From contig JANYGV010000315.1 of the NCBI GenBank assembly GCA_025359285.1, forward strand, positions 1 to 55,162: a stretch of 55,162 bases of DNA, written 5' to 3'. Below, one piece after another: positions 41,397 to 50,658 of the stretch; the first letter of the stretch is position 1; every line of letters begins with the position of its first letter. The notes below the pieces were generated by a model, which saw only the letters and a program-made list of their open reading frames with translations, was not told the DNA's origin and ran no database searches. This DNA is from Burkholderiales bacterium (lineage in GTDB: Bacteria; Pseudomonadota; Gammaproteobacteria; Burkholderiales; Usitatibacteraceae). Made by a program: the position numbers and the translations under genes.

Positions 41397-41565
41397 TGCC
41401 GATGTGTCCTTTTTACCCAATAAGTTGATCCGCACCGCAACGCCAGAAAGCGCTTGTCGGACAGAATTTCATGCGATACAAAAGTGTAGCAAAACAGCGC
41501 GCCGTGTAAACAGGCGCAAGACTGAAAACATATTCAAATGCGCCTATCGCAACGAGCACCAGCGC

Positions 41566-43101
41566 TCAAAATACCAGCACCAAATAAAGGTAGCCGCCGA
41601 TCACCGCCACCAGCGCAGCCACCAACAAAATCAGCACATACGTCTGCCAGCGCTGAGTTTGCTCAACCCGGATAATGGCACGCTCGATCGCGGCCAGCTT
41701 CTCGCTGGGATTAGCCTCAAGCGCCCGGTGCACCAGCCGAGGCAGCTGCGGCAAACTGCTGATCCAAATCGGGCCTTCTTTACGCAGTTGTTTAAGCAAG
41801 CCTCGCGGACCAATTTGTTCTGATAGCCAGCGCTTCAAAATCGGTTGCGCAATAGGACGAAGATCAAGCTCCGGATAAAGCTGTCGCCCTAATCCTTCGA
41901 CTTGCAGCAGTGTTTTTTGTAGTAGAACCAATTGCGGTTGAATTTCCATCTGAAAGCGTCTAGAAACCTCAAACAGTCGAAGCAACACTTTGCCAAATGA
42001 AATTTCGTTCAGTGGTTTATCAAAAATTGGTTCACACACGCTACGAATGGCACCTTCAAACTCATCCACTCGCGTGTTTCGGGGCACCCAGCCGGCTTCG
42101 ATATGCGCCACTGCAACGGCGTTGTAATCCCGGTTGAAGAAGGCCGCAAAATTGCGCGCGAGGTAATTTTTATCTTCATCAGAGAGCGTTCCCATGATGC
42201 CGAAGTCAACACCGGAATAAATGCCGTTTTTACCCACAAAAATATTGCCGGGATGCATGTCTGCGTGGAAAAACCCGTCTCGAAAAACCTGAGTGAAAAA
42301 AATCTTGACGCCATCGGCCGCCAATCTCGCAACATCAATGTTGTAAGCCTTGATCTGCGCCAAATCGTTCACGGGAATGGCATCTATTCGCTCCAACACC
42401 AGCACTTCGCGATGCGTATAGTCAAAATAAACTTCTGGCACGTAGAGCAATGTGCCGTCTGCAAAATTGCGGCGCAGCGTGGATGCGTTTGCGGCTTCTC
42501 GGACCAGATCAAGTTCGTCGTGGATAGTCTTGTCGAACTCAGCCACCACCTCGGTTGGTCGCAGGCGCTCACCGTCTTTAAACACTAACTTGACAAAATC
42601 AGCCACCACATAAAGCAGCTGAACGTCGCCATTGATGGCGTCCAAAATATCGGGCCGCAGGATTTTTACGGCGACCTCGCGGCCAGCCAGTTTGCCCTCC
42701 GCAATCACGGCAAAATGCACCTGCGCGATGGACGCGCTGGCGATCGGATTGAGATCGAACGAAGAGAATACCTCGGTGTATGGCCGTCCATACACCCGGT
42801 TTAGCGTTGCGACCACGGCAGCAGAGGGGAAAGGCGGAACGTTATCCTGCAGGTGCGCGAGCTCCTGAGAAATATCCGCCGGCACCAAATCTGGGCGTGT
42901 CGACAGAATCTGCCCAAATTTTATGAACGTTGGCCCCAAACTTTCGAGCGCCAGCCGCAGCCTGACTGCTCGCGGTTCTGAAAATGTTCTAAAAAAGAAT
43001 ATGCCGCCAAATATCGAGCGCACGAAACCCTTCGGCAAATATTCATCAAGGCCGAAGCGGGTCACAACAGAGAGAATTTTTAGGAGGCGGAAAAGGCGCA
43101 T
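41566..43101 (-). CDS. ubiB: Ubiquinone biosynthesis regulatory protein kinase UbiB (ABC1/AarF family)
   Basis: Contains LESLGPTFIKFGQILSTRPDL, ASIAQVH, VAVKILRP, HADMHPGNIFV and C-terminal TM helices. I prefer the ATG at 43101 (MRLFRLLKI). Confidence 0.93.
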   Translation of the reverse strand: MRLFRLLKILSVVTRFGLDEYLPKGFVRSIFGGIFFFRTFSEPRAVRLRLALESLGPTFIKFGQILSTRPDLVPADISQELAHLQDNVPPFPSAAVVATLNRVYGRPYTEVFSSFDLNPIASASIAQVHFAVIAEGKLAGREVAVKILRPDILDAINGDVQLLYVVADFVKLVFKDGERLRPTEVVAEFDKTIHDELDLVREAANASTLRRNFADGTLLYVPEVYFDYTHREVLVLERIDAIPVNDLAQIKAYNIDVARLAADGVKIFFTQVFRDGFFHADMHPGNIFVGKNGIYSGVDFGIMGTLSDEDKNYLARNFAAFFNRDYNAVAVAHIEAGWVPRNTRVDEFEGAIRSVCEPIFDKPLNEISFGKVLLRLFEVSRRFQMEIQPQLVLLQKTLLQVEGLGRQLYPELDLRPIAQPILKRWLSEQIGPRGLLKQLRKEGPIWISSLPQLPRLVHRALEANPSEKLAAIERAIIRVEQTQRWQTYVLILLVAALVAVIGGYLYLVLVF

Positions 43102-43215
43102 GGTGCGCGATTTTACCTTCGATTTAGCTCGGTCATTCGCACTATATTGAACAATCTTTAGACTAAAAATAGTGTCGTCTCGCCGCGGCACTACTTTACG
43201 GCACTACGCGAGAGG

Positions 43216-43689
43216 CTAGACGAGTCGCTCCAAATCGATCATGACAATCGCCGCCTGACCAAGCCAATCGATGGTGATCACAAACGGGCGGGCGCGTACT
43301 GCCGCCCGAATACTCTCGGTTGGTCCGTGTATGGTCACGGGCACCGAGATTTCGAGGGTGGCGCCGAAGTGCTTGCGGGCATTTCCTGAAATTGTGTTGG
43401 CTACCTCGCCTACTGCATCGAGCAAATTCGATTCCGAGTGATCGTTCTCACCCATGCATACCAGCAACCGTCTGAGCAACACCTGACGACAGCTGAAGTA
43501 AACGCAGCCACGATAATTGCCGCTAATAGTGATGAGGCCAGTGTAATCATAGGACTGCGGCACACTTAAATCTGTACCGAGATAGGCTGAGCGCACTTGC
43601 GCGGGCTCGCCCGCAAGGGCTTGAAAATATTCCGTGACGGCGGTGATAAATACCCGCAGTTCGACCTCGTTGATGTCTTTGTTATTCAA
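43216..43689 (-). CDS. CheX-like CheY-P phosphatase
   Basis: 157 aa. The D-x3-E-x2-N active-site motif (DAVGEVANTISGN) is followed by a conserved Pro region. The overall CheX layout is present (ITISGNYRGCVYF). Confidence 0.75.
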   Translation of the reverse strand: MNNKDINEVELRVFITAVTEYFQALAGEPAQVRSAYLGTDLSVPQSYDYTGLITISGNYRGCVYFSCRQVLLRRLLVCMGENDHSESNLLDAVGEVANTISGNARKHFGATLEISVPVTIHGPTESIRAAVRARPFVITIDWLGQAAIVMIDLERLV

Positions 43690-43707
43690 CGTCCGCTCCT
43701 TCGAATA

Positions 43708-44085
43708 CTATTCGTCATTACTGATCACTTCTTTAAGCGCGGCGATCAATTGCTTTTCAGTGAAGGGCTTGTTCAGAAAGCCGCGAGCGCCTTTGCGCAG
43801 CGCAGAAATTGCGGTCGCCTTATCGGCCAACGCCGAGACCACCAGAATCGGCACATCAGGGTTAATCGCAATGATTTCTTCAATACATTTGACGCCGTCC
43901 ATATTGGGCATCGTCAAGTCCATCGTCACCACGTCAGGCTGATGCGCCTTGAACATCATCACCGCTTGCGCACCGTCCCGTGCCAACCCTACAATCTGCG
44001 CGCCTGGCAGTGTGCCCGCCAGCACAATCCGCATTATTCGTGATCGAATAATGTTGGAATCATCCACAATCAGCAGGCGCATCAT
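43708..44085 (-). CDS. Single-domain CheY-like response regulator
   Basis: 125 aa, receiver domain only: LIVDDS, VVTMDLTMPNMDG (phospho-Asp), VVSA and the K in LNKPF. Confidence 0.9.
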   Translation of the reverse strand: MMRLLIVDDSNIIRSRIMRIVLAGTLPGAQIVGLARDGAQAVMMFKAHQPDVVTMDLTMPNMDGVKCIEEIIAINPDVPILVVSALADKATAISALRKGARGFLNKPFTEKQLIAALKEVISNDE

Positions 44086-44173
44086 TTATTTACTTAGACT
44101 TTCGCATTATTGATTCACGGCTTGTGTTGCCGTTCAATGAACCGCAAGCTGGATTAACGACAAACATCTCAAT

Positions 44174-46291
44174 TCAGGCTGCCGACGAGAACGTGACGCT
44201 GAACTGGGTATAAATATTCGGGCGACTGCCCAAGCGAATTTGCGCCCCCATGATTTTCACTTTTTCTGCCACTACATCAAGCCCAACACCACGCCCCGCG
44301 TCGCTGTCCACTGTCGGCGACGTACTAATACCGGGCTCAAAAAGTTTCATTACCAAGGTGCGCTCGTCTAGCGAATCTGCTTCTGCCCGCGAATAGCGCC
44401 CGCTTTTTACCAGCGATTCGCGAATATGGTCAGGGATAACACCACGCCCATCGTCGCGCACTGCGAATTCAAATTTATCCGCCTCCAGCCGTTTCAAGGT
44501 GACGTGAATATTGCCAGACTCAGTTTTGCTGCTGATCACGCGCTCGTTGGTAGCCTCAATCCCGTGCACCACCGCGTTTCTCACCAACTGTATGGCGATG
44601 TCGCGAAGCATGGTGGCTTTGCTGTCGGGAAGTGACCCGAAGTCGGGCACATCGGCTGTGACACGGACTTTTTTCTTCTGGTTGATGGCGACTTTTTCGG
44701 CAAGTGCTTCCAGCATATAGCCGAACTCATGGCCTGACGCGGCATTCTGGGTAAGGTGCGCATCTTTGCTGGTCATCCGTTCGGCCAGCGAACGCAGTTT
44801 CGCGGTGCGACTGTAAATATCTTCAAGGTGCGGCGGGATCGCCAGCAAATCTTCGCCTTTCAAATTTGGACGATCACGTAACTCACTCAAAATATTTTCA
44901 AACCGATGGGCCAAGGTTTCAAACAGCGACAGACTATGCGCGGCTGCTTCGCCTTTCAGATGATGCACACGGCGGAAAATTTCGCTGATCGTGGAAGGAT
45001 AATCACGCGTCTGCCCTGCACCTCGCAAGGCATCGTTGATTGCGTCCAGCGATTGCTCGGTGTCATTCAAGAATCGCCTTGACACGGCAGGTTCCAGCTC
45101 CAGCAAATCGAGCAAACCTTTGATTTCCTCCTGCGCACGCATCTCCGCGTCTTTCACCGCCTGGATGAGACGTACTCGTTCTGACACGTCGTGCACCGTG
45201 ACCAACAGATGGGTGGTCTGCCGGACGCCCATTTCATTTTTTTCGCCTTTTACGCGGCTAAACTGCAAACTCACAAAACGTGACGCGCTGCTGTCGGCCT
45301 CTTTGCCGACGTCGCCTCCGCCATCCGCCGCCCGCAACTCAAGCTGGCTTAACGGGTTCAAGCTCGCCACCAGACTTTCTTTTACGCGATCACCAAACAA
45401 AAGGCTGATGTATTCTTTCGCGGCTTCATGCTCCTTTTCGGGCACCAACGTCTCAAGAACGCTCAGGAAATCATCGCCCGGCGCAACTCGTTTACCAATA
45501 ACCGTTGGCAGCGATGCCGACATCTGCGAACCAATCATGCCATCGGGGTGAAGTAAAAATAATCCGTCCCGAATGGTGGCAAAAATTTGCGCATTTTCTC
45601 GTTGCTGCTGTTTTACCAAGGCGTCCTGCGCGCGCAACCGTCCAATCAGCTTGAAGACAATAAAGGCAAAATTCGCGAGCGCGAGGACCACGCCCACAAT
45701 CTGCACCAGCCGTAAAATATCTGTTTTGTCGGCGACGTTTTCTTCCAGCGCAGCCGTCAATTGATTCATCAGATCAAGCAGCTTGTTGCTATTGATCTTG
45801 CTGTATTCAGACGCTTTGCGAATTGTTTCCGCCGCGGGCGTAATCTCGCCCGTCAACGGGTCAATGAGCGCCACATAAGGTGTCCATAAGATCGCGGCTC
45901 GCCTCAGTATATTTCGAGGCGCCTCACCCTCCAGAGCCTTGATTCTCAACTCCTGCCCGTTGACACCCAGGGTGCCCCCGCCGACCGTAAAGCCGCGCAA
46001 TGTTGAGTCAAACAGCGCCGTCGCGGCTTTCAACTCAGACAGCGTTCCATTAGCGGTTTGCGCGGTGGATTGCTCCGCTTCTGCAGCATAAATAGTTTTC
46101 GCGATGCGCTGCGAGAGCATGCGCTGGCGACCGGCCAAATTAACGGTGGCGACGTCTTCCAGAATTTGGTGTGACAGAAACAGGGTCGCGGCCAGCACGA
46201 TTAAATCGAGGACAATAAAAAGCCCAATCGCAATGATGATGCGGCGATATCGCTCGGCGCGGCGACGTTTGGGTTGTTTGGTGCGCTCCAT
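44174..46291 (-). CDS. Membrane-bound CheA-like histidine kinase: TM, PilJ/NarX-type periplasmic sensor, TM, linker domain, Hpt, CheA-type HATPase_c, with no CheW-like domain
   Basis: Contains NLAGRQRMLSQRIAK (46097-46141; a P-box-like motif of PilJ/NarX-type four-helix-bundle sensors). It is flanked by TM helices IIIAIGLFIVLDLIVLAATLFL and LVQIVGVVLALANFAFIVF. Also present are Hpt RRVHHLKGEAAAH (44939-44975), N box QLVRNAVVHGIE (44554-44590), DDGRG and GRGVGLDVV. The protein ends ~25 aa after the last ATP-lid motif. I prefer the start at 46291 (MERTKQ). Confidence 0.8.
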   Translation of the reverse strand: MERTKQPKRRRAERYRRIIIAIGLFIVLDLIVLAATLFLSHQILEDVATVNLAGRQRMLSQRIAKTIYAAEAEQSTAQTANGTLSELKAATALFDSTLRGFTVGGGTLGVNGQELRIKALEGEAPRNILRRAAILWTPYVALIDPLTGEITPAAETIRKASEYSKINSNKLLDLMNQLTAALEENVADKTDILRLVQIVGVVLALANFAFIVFKLIGRLRAQDALVKQQQRENAQIFATIRDGLFLLHPDGMIGSQMSASLPTVIGKRVAPGDDFLSVLETLVPEKEHEAAKEYISLLFGDRVKESLVASLNPLSQLELRAADGGGDVGKEADSSASRFVSLQFSRVKGEKNEMGVRQTTHLLVTVHDVSERVRLIQAVKDAEMRAQEEIKGLLDLLELEPAVSRRFLNDTEQSLDAINDALRGAGQTRDYPSTISEIFRRVHHLKGEAAAHSLSLFETLAHRFENILSELRDRPNLKGEDLLAIPPHLEDIYSRTAKLRSLAERMTSKDAHLTQNAASGHEFGYMLEALAEKVAINQKKKVRVTADVPDFGSLPDSKATMLRDIAIQLVRNAVVHGIEATNERVISSKTESGNIHVTLKRLEADKFEFAVRDDGRGVIPDHIRESLVKSGRYSRAEADSLDERTLVMKLFEPGISTSPTVDSDAGRGVGLDVVAEKVKIMGAQIRLGSRPNIYTQFSVTFSSAA

Positions 46292-46597
46292 CTTGATCTC
46301 CCTGCACGCCATCACATGGCTACAGATTTATTAGTTTTTTCGATTCTACAGCTTGCAGTCAACACAGCGGCCCGCTGAATTCATCGAATGTCGCCGCACC
46401 CTATTATTGCCTACCCGAGCGACACCAACTTCAGACCGCGCAATTAGGTTTCATCACATTGTTCTCGATGAATTATACGGTGCAAAACTACCTAAGATGG
46501 CCGTAACAGGGCGCTTCTGCTGTTAATTACTGTGTCTTGCGCCCCAACGCGCTTGAAAAAGCGCGCGAAGTTCGATGTAAGCGAACGGTATGTATAG

Positions 46598-47230
46598 CTA
46601 GTGAGCCCGCATGCGCTGCCACCACATCTTGAATTGTCGTTTGAGCGCGCGCATCCGAAACCGCATGGCCTGATAAAGCGGCAACGCACGCACATAGGCA
46701 TAAATGCGCTGCTTCCACGCTTGCAAGACTTCGTATGCGCGTGCAAACCAGGCAATCGTCATCAGCGCAGCTTTGGTCAATGCGAAGATGCGCGCTAAGA
46801 ATGCGGTGCCGATAATTTTGGCCACTACGAACACAATTGCACCCAGCACACTGTTGCCATGCGCGATCAACCAAAACGCGGCTAACTTAAACGGCAACAA
46901 GACCGCAACGGGAATCAAAAATGCAATCAACGCGGCGTAGGGAGGCAATTTAACGATTTGCGATTCCACCCAGCGGATGAGTGGTAATTTCGCGAGCGCA
47001 CTGGTCAAAGAAAGCATTGCGTCCCACAACCACTCCTCGACAAACAGCCACAGCGCGGCCGGTATTGCCAGCAATGCGCGGATGATTCGGCTCACAATGC
47101 CGATCGGCGCCTTAGGCTGGTTAGGTGGTTTGGGTGAATAAGGCGGCGCGTTCGGGCTTTCGGGTACGGTTGAGTTAGGCGCAGATTTTGTCAGCTTGGG
47201 CACAGGGCGAGCGGCTTTCCAAAAAAACAC
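46598..47230 (-). CDS. Hypothetical membrane protein (Pro-rich N-terminus, ~4 TM helices, basic C-terminus)
   Basis: GTG start, 210 aa. Coding is supported only by ORF length, the hydrophobic helix pattern and co-orientation with its neighbours. I recognised no family motif. Confidence 0.55.
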   Translation of the reverse strand: MFFWKAARPVPKLTKSAPNSTVPESPNAPPYSPKPPNQPKAPIGIVSRIIRALLAIPAALWLFVEEWLWDAMLSLTSALAKLPLIRWVESQIVKLPPYAALIAFLIPVAVLLPFKLAAFWLIAHGNSVLGAIVFVVAKIIGTAFLARIFALTKAALMTIAWFARAYEVLQAWKQRIYAYVRALPLYQAMRFRMRALKRQFKMWWQRMRAH

Positions 47231-47389
47231 TGAATTGTGAAAACTGAATTAAAAACGACGGTGAAAACGCGTTTATAAAATCCTTCGTTGGCATGTTCAA
47301 CAAGAAATTCTGGCGAGAATTATTAGAAGCAATAATTACAACGCTATGCACAACTAAACAAAATAGGCCAATCCCGACCAAATCGAAGG

Positions 47390-47436
47390 TAGGGACTAGG
47401 GCTAGGGCTAGGGCTAGGGCTAAGACCGGGACTAGG
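47390..47436. repeat. Hexanucleotide microsatellite (TAGGGC)4 with degenerate flanking copies
   Basis: Four perfect copies at 47397-47420, flanked by tagggac and taagac/cgggactagg variants. It lies in the intergenic region between ubiJ and the hypothetical membrane protein gene. Confidence 0.9.
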
Positions 47437-47477
47437 AACAAACCCGAAAAATTTAGCCTGCGCATCGATCTCGTTGG

Positions 47478-48170
47478 CTAATGTTGGTTGCCCACCCTTG
47501 CGCCTACCGATTTCAAGACGGCATTAATTTTTGCTTCCAGTCGCGCCACCGCGTCACGCACATTTTCATTTTCGCTCGCTAAAGATTCCAGTTCTCGCTT
47601 GCTGGTGAAGGCGCGCTTTTCCTCGGTCAGATATTCCGCAACATTCGCCAATAATCTCGACTCTGCCTCTCGTGACCATTCGCGTGCTGCGCTTGCGCTG
47701 CCAACCATCCGTCGCGCCGCCATATCGCCAATGACATGGCTTAAATCCTCTTCCACATCCCAATTGATATTGCGCGCAATTGAAGATAGCGTAGACGCGA
47801 ACTCGCTATTACCTTCAAAGGCGACTTCCGAGAATGCCGACTCGTCACCGCGGGCCAGACGCGGAAGCAAGCTTGCCGATATGCGGAACGCCACGTCTGG
47901 CGCGGCGTCCAGAGCAACTATCGAAGCAAATATCGGAACAACTTCCGGGGCCGCATCTGGCACCTCAGCAGCAGCGCTTTTCGCTATGCCGATCAATTCA
48001 AAATCGCCGTTTTGCGAAACCCGCAGCCGCGCCGATATAGGCCCTACGGTGGCTTCAATCGTTTTACCAGCGTCTGTTTTAAGCAGCTCTCGCGCTAGCG
48101 GGTAATCCGCCAGCACATGGTTCATAAATTTGACGACCGGATAATCTATCGCAGTGCTATTCACAATCAA
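47478..48170 (-). CDS. ubiJ: Ubiquinone biosynthesis accessory factor UbiJ (SCP2-domain protein)
   Basis: The N-terminal SCP2-like region (FMNHVLADYPLARELLKTDAGKTIEATVGP) and the C-terminal segments (IGDMAARR, VAEYLTEEKR, VRDAVARLEAKI) are collinear with E. coli UbiJ/YigP as I recall it. Its position downstream of ubiE and the Tim44-like gene also fits. Confidence 0.75.
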   Translation of the reverse strand: MIVNSTAIDYPVVKFMNHVLADYPLARELLKTDAGKTIEATVGPISARLRVSQNGDFELIGIAKSAAAEVPDAAPEVVPIFASIVALDAAPDVAFRISASLLPRLARGDESAFSEVAFEGNSEFASTLSSIARNINWDVEEDLSHVIGDMAARRMVGSASAAREWSREAESRLLANVAEYLTEEKRAFTSKRELESLASENENVRDAVARLEAKINAVLKSVGARVGNQH

Positions 48171-48178
48171 TATTCAGG

Positions 48179-49198
48179 CTAGGAAAGTTGTTGAATTCCC
48201 GCCAGCTTCCATGTCGCTTGAGGGTCATTGAGGTTTTTGGCAACATGCCAAACCTCATCAAACGGCTCAGGCAGAGCACCCACTTCTTCGCGAATCGTGC
48301 CGGTGTAGCGCACGCTGGCAATCGCGCGGTTATTCTCGGTCACCACCTCCAGAACATTGACACTTAGCGTCACTACTTCAGTGCGTTGCACCGCATCGCC
48401 GCGCTCTTTAAGCTGCATTGATATCTCGGCAAACATCTCGGGCGAGGTGAAGTCGCGGATGTCTTCCAGGTCCTTGGCATCATTTGCAGCTTGCAGGCGT
48501 ATGAAAGACGACTCGGCTTGACGCTCAAACGGTGCGACTGCAAAATCTGCCGGAATACGCGGATTTAAGGTGGCCGCTTCGATTTGTGCCGCAGACGCAT
48601 TTCCATCCGCCAATCGGCTACCAATTTCGGGGGCAACAATACGGCCTCCCGATACATTCGGCGTCGCTGGCTCGGGCGAAGAAAATACGCTACGTGGCAT
48701 TTCTCGTGGCGCGGGCTGAGACGGGTTATTGGCCGCACCTGCGCCGGCATATTGCATGCTGTGTACGCCACTGCCAGCAGCCGCTGTCATCGCTTTTTTG
48801 CGCATAAATGCACGAATCAACATAAAGCCAGCGAACGCGATACCGGCGATCAGCAACATATCAAAAATCTTGAGGCCGTCAAATCCGTGCCCCATTAGCA
48901 TCGACGCCAGCAAGCCGCCCGCCGCCAAACCAGCAAGCGGCCCTAGCCATTTGCGCATGCCCGAGGCTGCCGGTGCGACCGGAGGGACGGCGCCCGCGGC
49001 AGGAGCCGCGCCCGCTGGTGCTGTCTGCGGCGGCGTAGCGGGCTTGGGCGGCGTACCCGCATCACGCTTGACCGAGTCGCGCTGCATGCCGCTAGATTGG
49101 CCACCGCCGAAGCGCTTTTTCGCCTCCGCATCAGGCGAAAAGCCAAGTGATGCAAAGCTCATTATCACGATCAAAATACTGGCTATAACTGTTTTCAT
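48179..49198 (-). CDS. Tim44-like domain protein
   Basis: Signal/TM N-terminus, a Pro/Ala-rich linker, TM helices, and a C-terminal Tim44-type domain ending FDEVWHVAKNLNDPQATWKLAGIQQ. This is the typical neighbour of ubiE in Burkholderiales. Confidence 0.8.
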   Translation of the reverse strand: MKTVIASILIVIMSFASLGFSPDAEAKKRFGGGQSSGMQRDSVKRDAGTPPKPATPPQTAPAGAAPAAGAVPPVAPAASGMRKWLGPLAGLAAGGLLASMLMGHGFDGLKIFDMLLIAGIAFAGFMLIRAFMRKKAMTAAAGSGVHSMQYAGAGAANNPSQPAPREMPRSVFSSPEPATPNVSGGRIVAPEIGSRLADGNASAAQIEAATLNPRIPADFAVAPFERQAESSFIRLQAANDAKDLEDIRDFTSPEMFAEISMQLKERGDAVQRTEVVTLSVNVLEVVTENNRAIASVRYTGTIREEVGALPEPFDEVWHVAKNLNDPQATWKLAGIQQLS

Positions 49199-49332
49199 AC
49201 AAACCTCCGAGAGCGCTTCAAGTGATATTTTTTCATATCGAATTTATCGATATTGTATCCAGTAACACATTTTGAAATGGATGCTTTCAGGCGGAAATCA
49301 AGCCTTCGGACTGTTTTCTAACGCTCTCCCAC

Positions 49333-50064
49333 CTACAACTTGATGCCTTTATGCAGCGCAGCAATGCCTGCCGTTAGATTAAAATATTCGACGCGCGATA
49401 AGCCGGCTGCTGACATCATGTGCCTGAGCGTTTCCTGATCGGGATGCATGCGAATCGATTCCGCCAAATAACGATAACTTGCCTCGTCTTTTGCCACATA
49501 TTTGCCCATTAACGGGAGTAAATTAAACGAATACAGGTCGTAGGGTTTTTTCAGTGCCTCGTGTACTTTAGAAAACTCCAGCACTAACAAACGACCACCG
49601 GTTTTAAGCACCCGCGTCATTTCACGCAATGCAATGTCTTTGTGGGTCATATTGCGCAGACCAAAAGCTACCGTCACCAGATCAAAAGACTCGCTCGCAA
49701 ATGGCAATTTTTCAGCATCACACAATGCCGCAGGCAACGACAAGCCCTGGTTAATCAATCGATCCCGGCCCACCTTCAGCATCGCCTCATTAATATCGGT
49801 TTGCCAGACATTCGCCGCGCCGGCTGTTTTCGCAAACGTCATCGCCAGATCGCCGGAGCCGGAGGCGACGTCGAGCACCTTTTCGCCTGGCTTAACGTTG
49901 GCAAGATCAACCGTGAATTTTTTCCAGAGCCGATGCAGCCCACCCGACATCAAGTCATTCATGATGTCGTAGCTGGGCGCGACCGAGGCAAATACCTCAC
50001 GCACCTTGCCAGACTTTTGTTCCTCGTCAACTTCCTGAAAACCAAAATGGGTTGTTTTTGTCAT
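49333..50064 (-). CDS. ubiE: Ubiquinone/menaquinone biosynthesis C-methyltransferase UbiE
   Basis: Contains [36 protein letters not shown] and FGLRNMT. Confidence 0.96.
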   Translation of the reverse strand: MTKTTHFGFQEVDEEQKSGKVREVFASVAPSYDIMNDLMSGGLHRLWKKFTVDLANVKPGEKVLDVASGSGDLAMTFAKTAGAANVWQTDINEAMLKVGRDRLINQGLSLPAALCDAEKLPFASESFDLVTVAFGLRNMTHKDIALREMTRVLKTGGRLLVLEFSKVHEALKKPYDLYSFNLLPLMGKYVAKDEASYRYLAESIRMHPDQETLRHMMSAAGLSRVEYFNLTAGIAALHKGIKL

Positions 50065-50104
50065 TGCTTTTTTGCCTTTTTTGCCTGTTGCTTTTACTTA
50101 TTTT

Positions 50105-50476
50105 TTACTCGCGACTCGCACCCGATTGCGCAATTCGTGCCAGATACGTCTGCCAATAACTATCCTGACGTTTGCCCAAATCGTAAAAATAATCCCAGGA
50201 ATACAAACCCGTATCGTGCCCGTCAGAAAACACCAATTTGACCGCGTAGCTGCCAACCGGTTCTATGGCAGTAATGTCGATATTACGCTTCCCCACTTGC
50301 AACACTTCTTGCCCTGGCCCGTGACCGCGCACCTCGGCTGAGGGCGAATGAACGCGCAGGAATTCGCATGAAAAGCGAAATTCGGCCTCGTCGTCGAAAT
50401 GGATTTCCAATTCGCGTGACTTTTGGTGCAATTTAATTTCGGTGGGGCGAGGTGAAATGGGGGTGAGTCCTGCCAT
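50105..50476 (-). CDS. DUF971 (gamma-butyrobetaine hydroxylase-like N-terminal domain) protein
   Basis: Contains FLRVHSPSAEVRGHGPGQ and FSDGHDTGLYSWDYFYDLG. I prefer the ATG at 50476 (MAGLTP), giving 123 aa. Confidence 0.8.
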   Translation of the reverse strand: MAGLTPISPRPTEIKLHQKSRELEIHFDDEAEFRFSCEFLRVHSPSAEVRGHGPGQEVLQVGKRNIDITAIEPVGSYAVKLVFSDGHDTGLYSWDYFYDLGKRQDSYWQTYLARIAQSGASRE

Positions 50477-50592
50477 GACTGCGTCCTGATGATGGGTGCT
50501 TATATGAATTTGATAGTCCATATGATACGTTGGTATTGAGTGGCAAATATGCAGAAAATTCCGACGTCCAGGCACATACCTCCTGAAAATAA

Positions 50593-50626
50593 GCTGTCAC
50601 ATTACCTTCACAAACCTGAAATATCA
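50593..50626 (+). promoter_or_regulatory. Pho box plus -10 element of the phoBR promoter
   Basis: CTGTCAC-atta-CCTTCAC (50593-50610) matches the two 7-bp direct repeats with a 4-bp spacer of the PhoB consensus (CTGTCAT-A[AT]A[AT]-CTGTCA[CT]). TATCAT lies 10 nt downstream, and the phoB start is at 50659. Confidence 0.6.
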
Positions 50627-50658
50627 TGTGTAGGTCAATAGAAAGGTAGTGTGATGCT

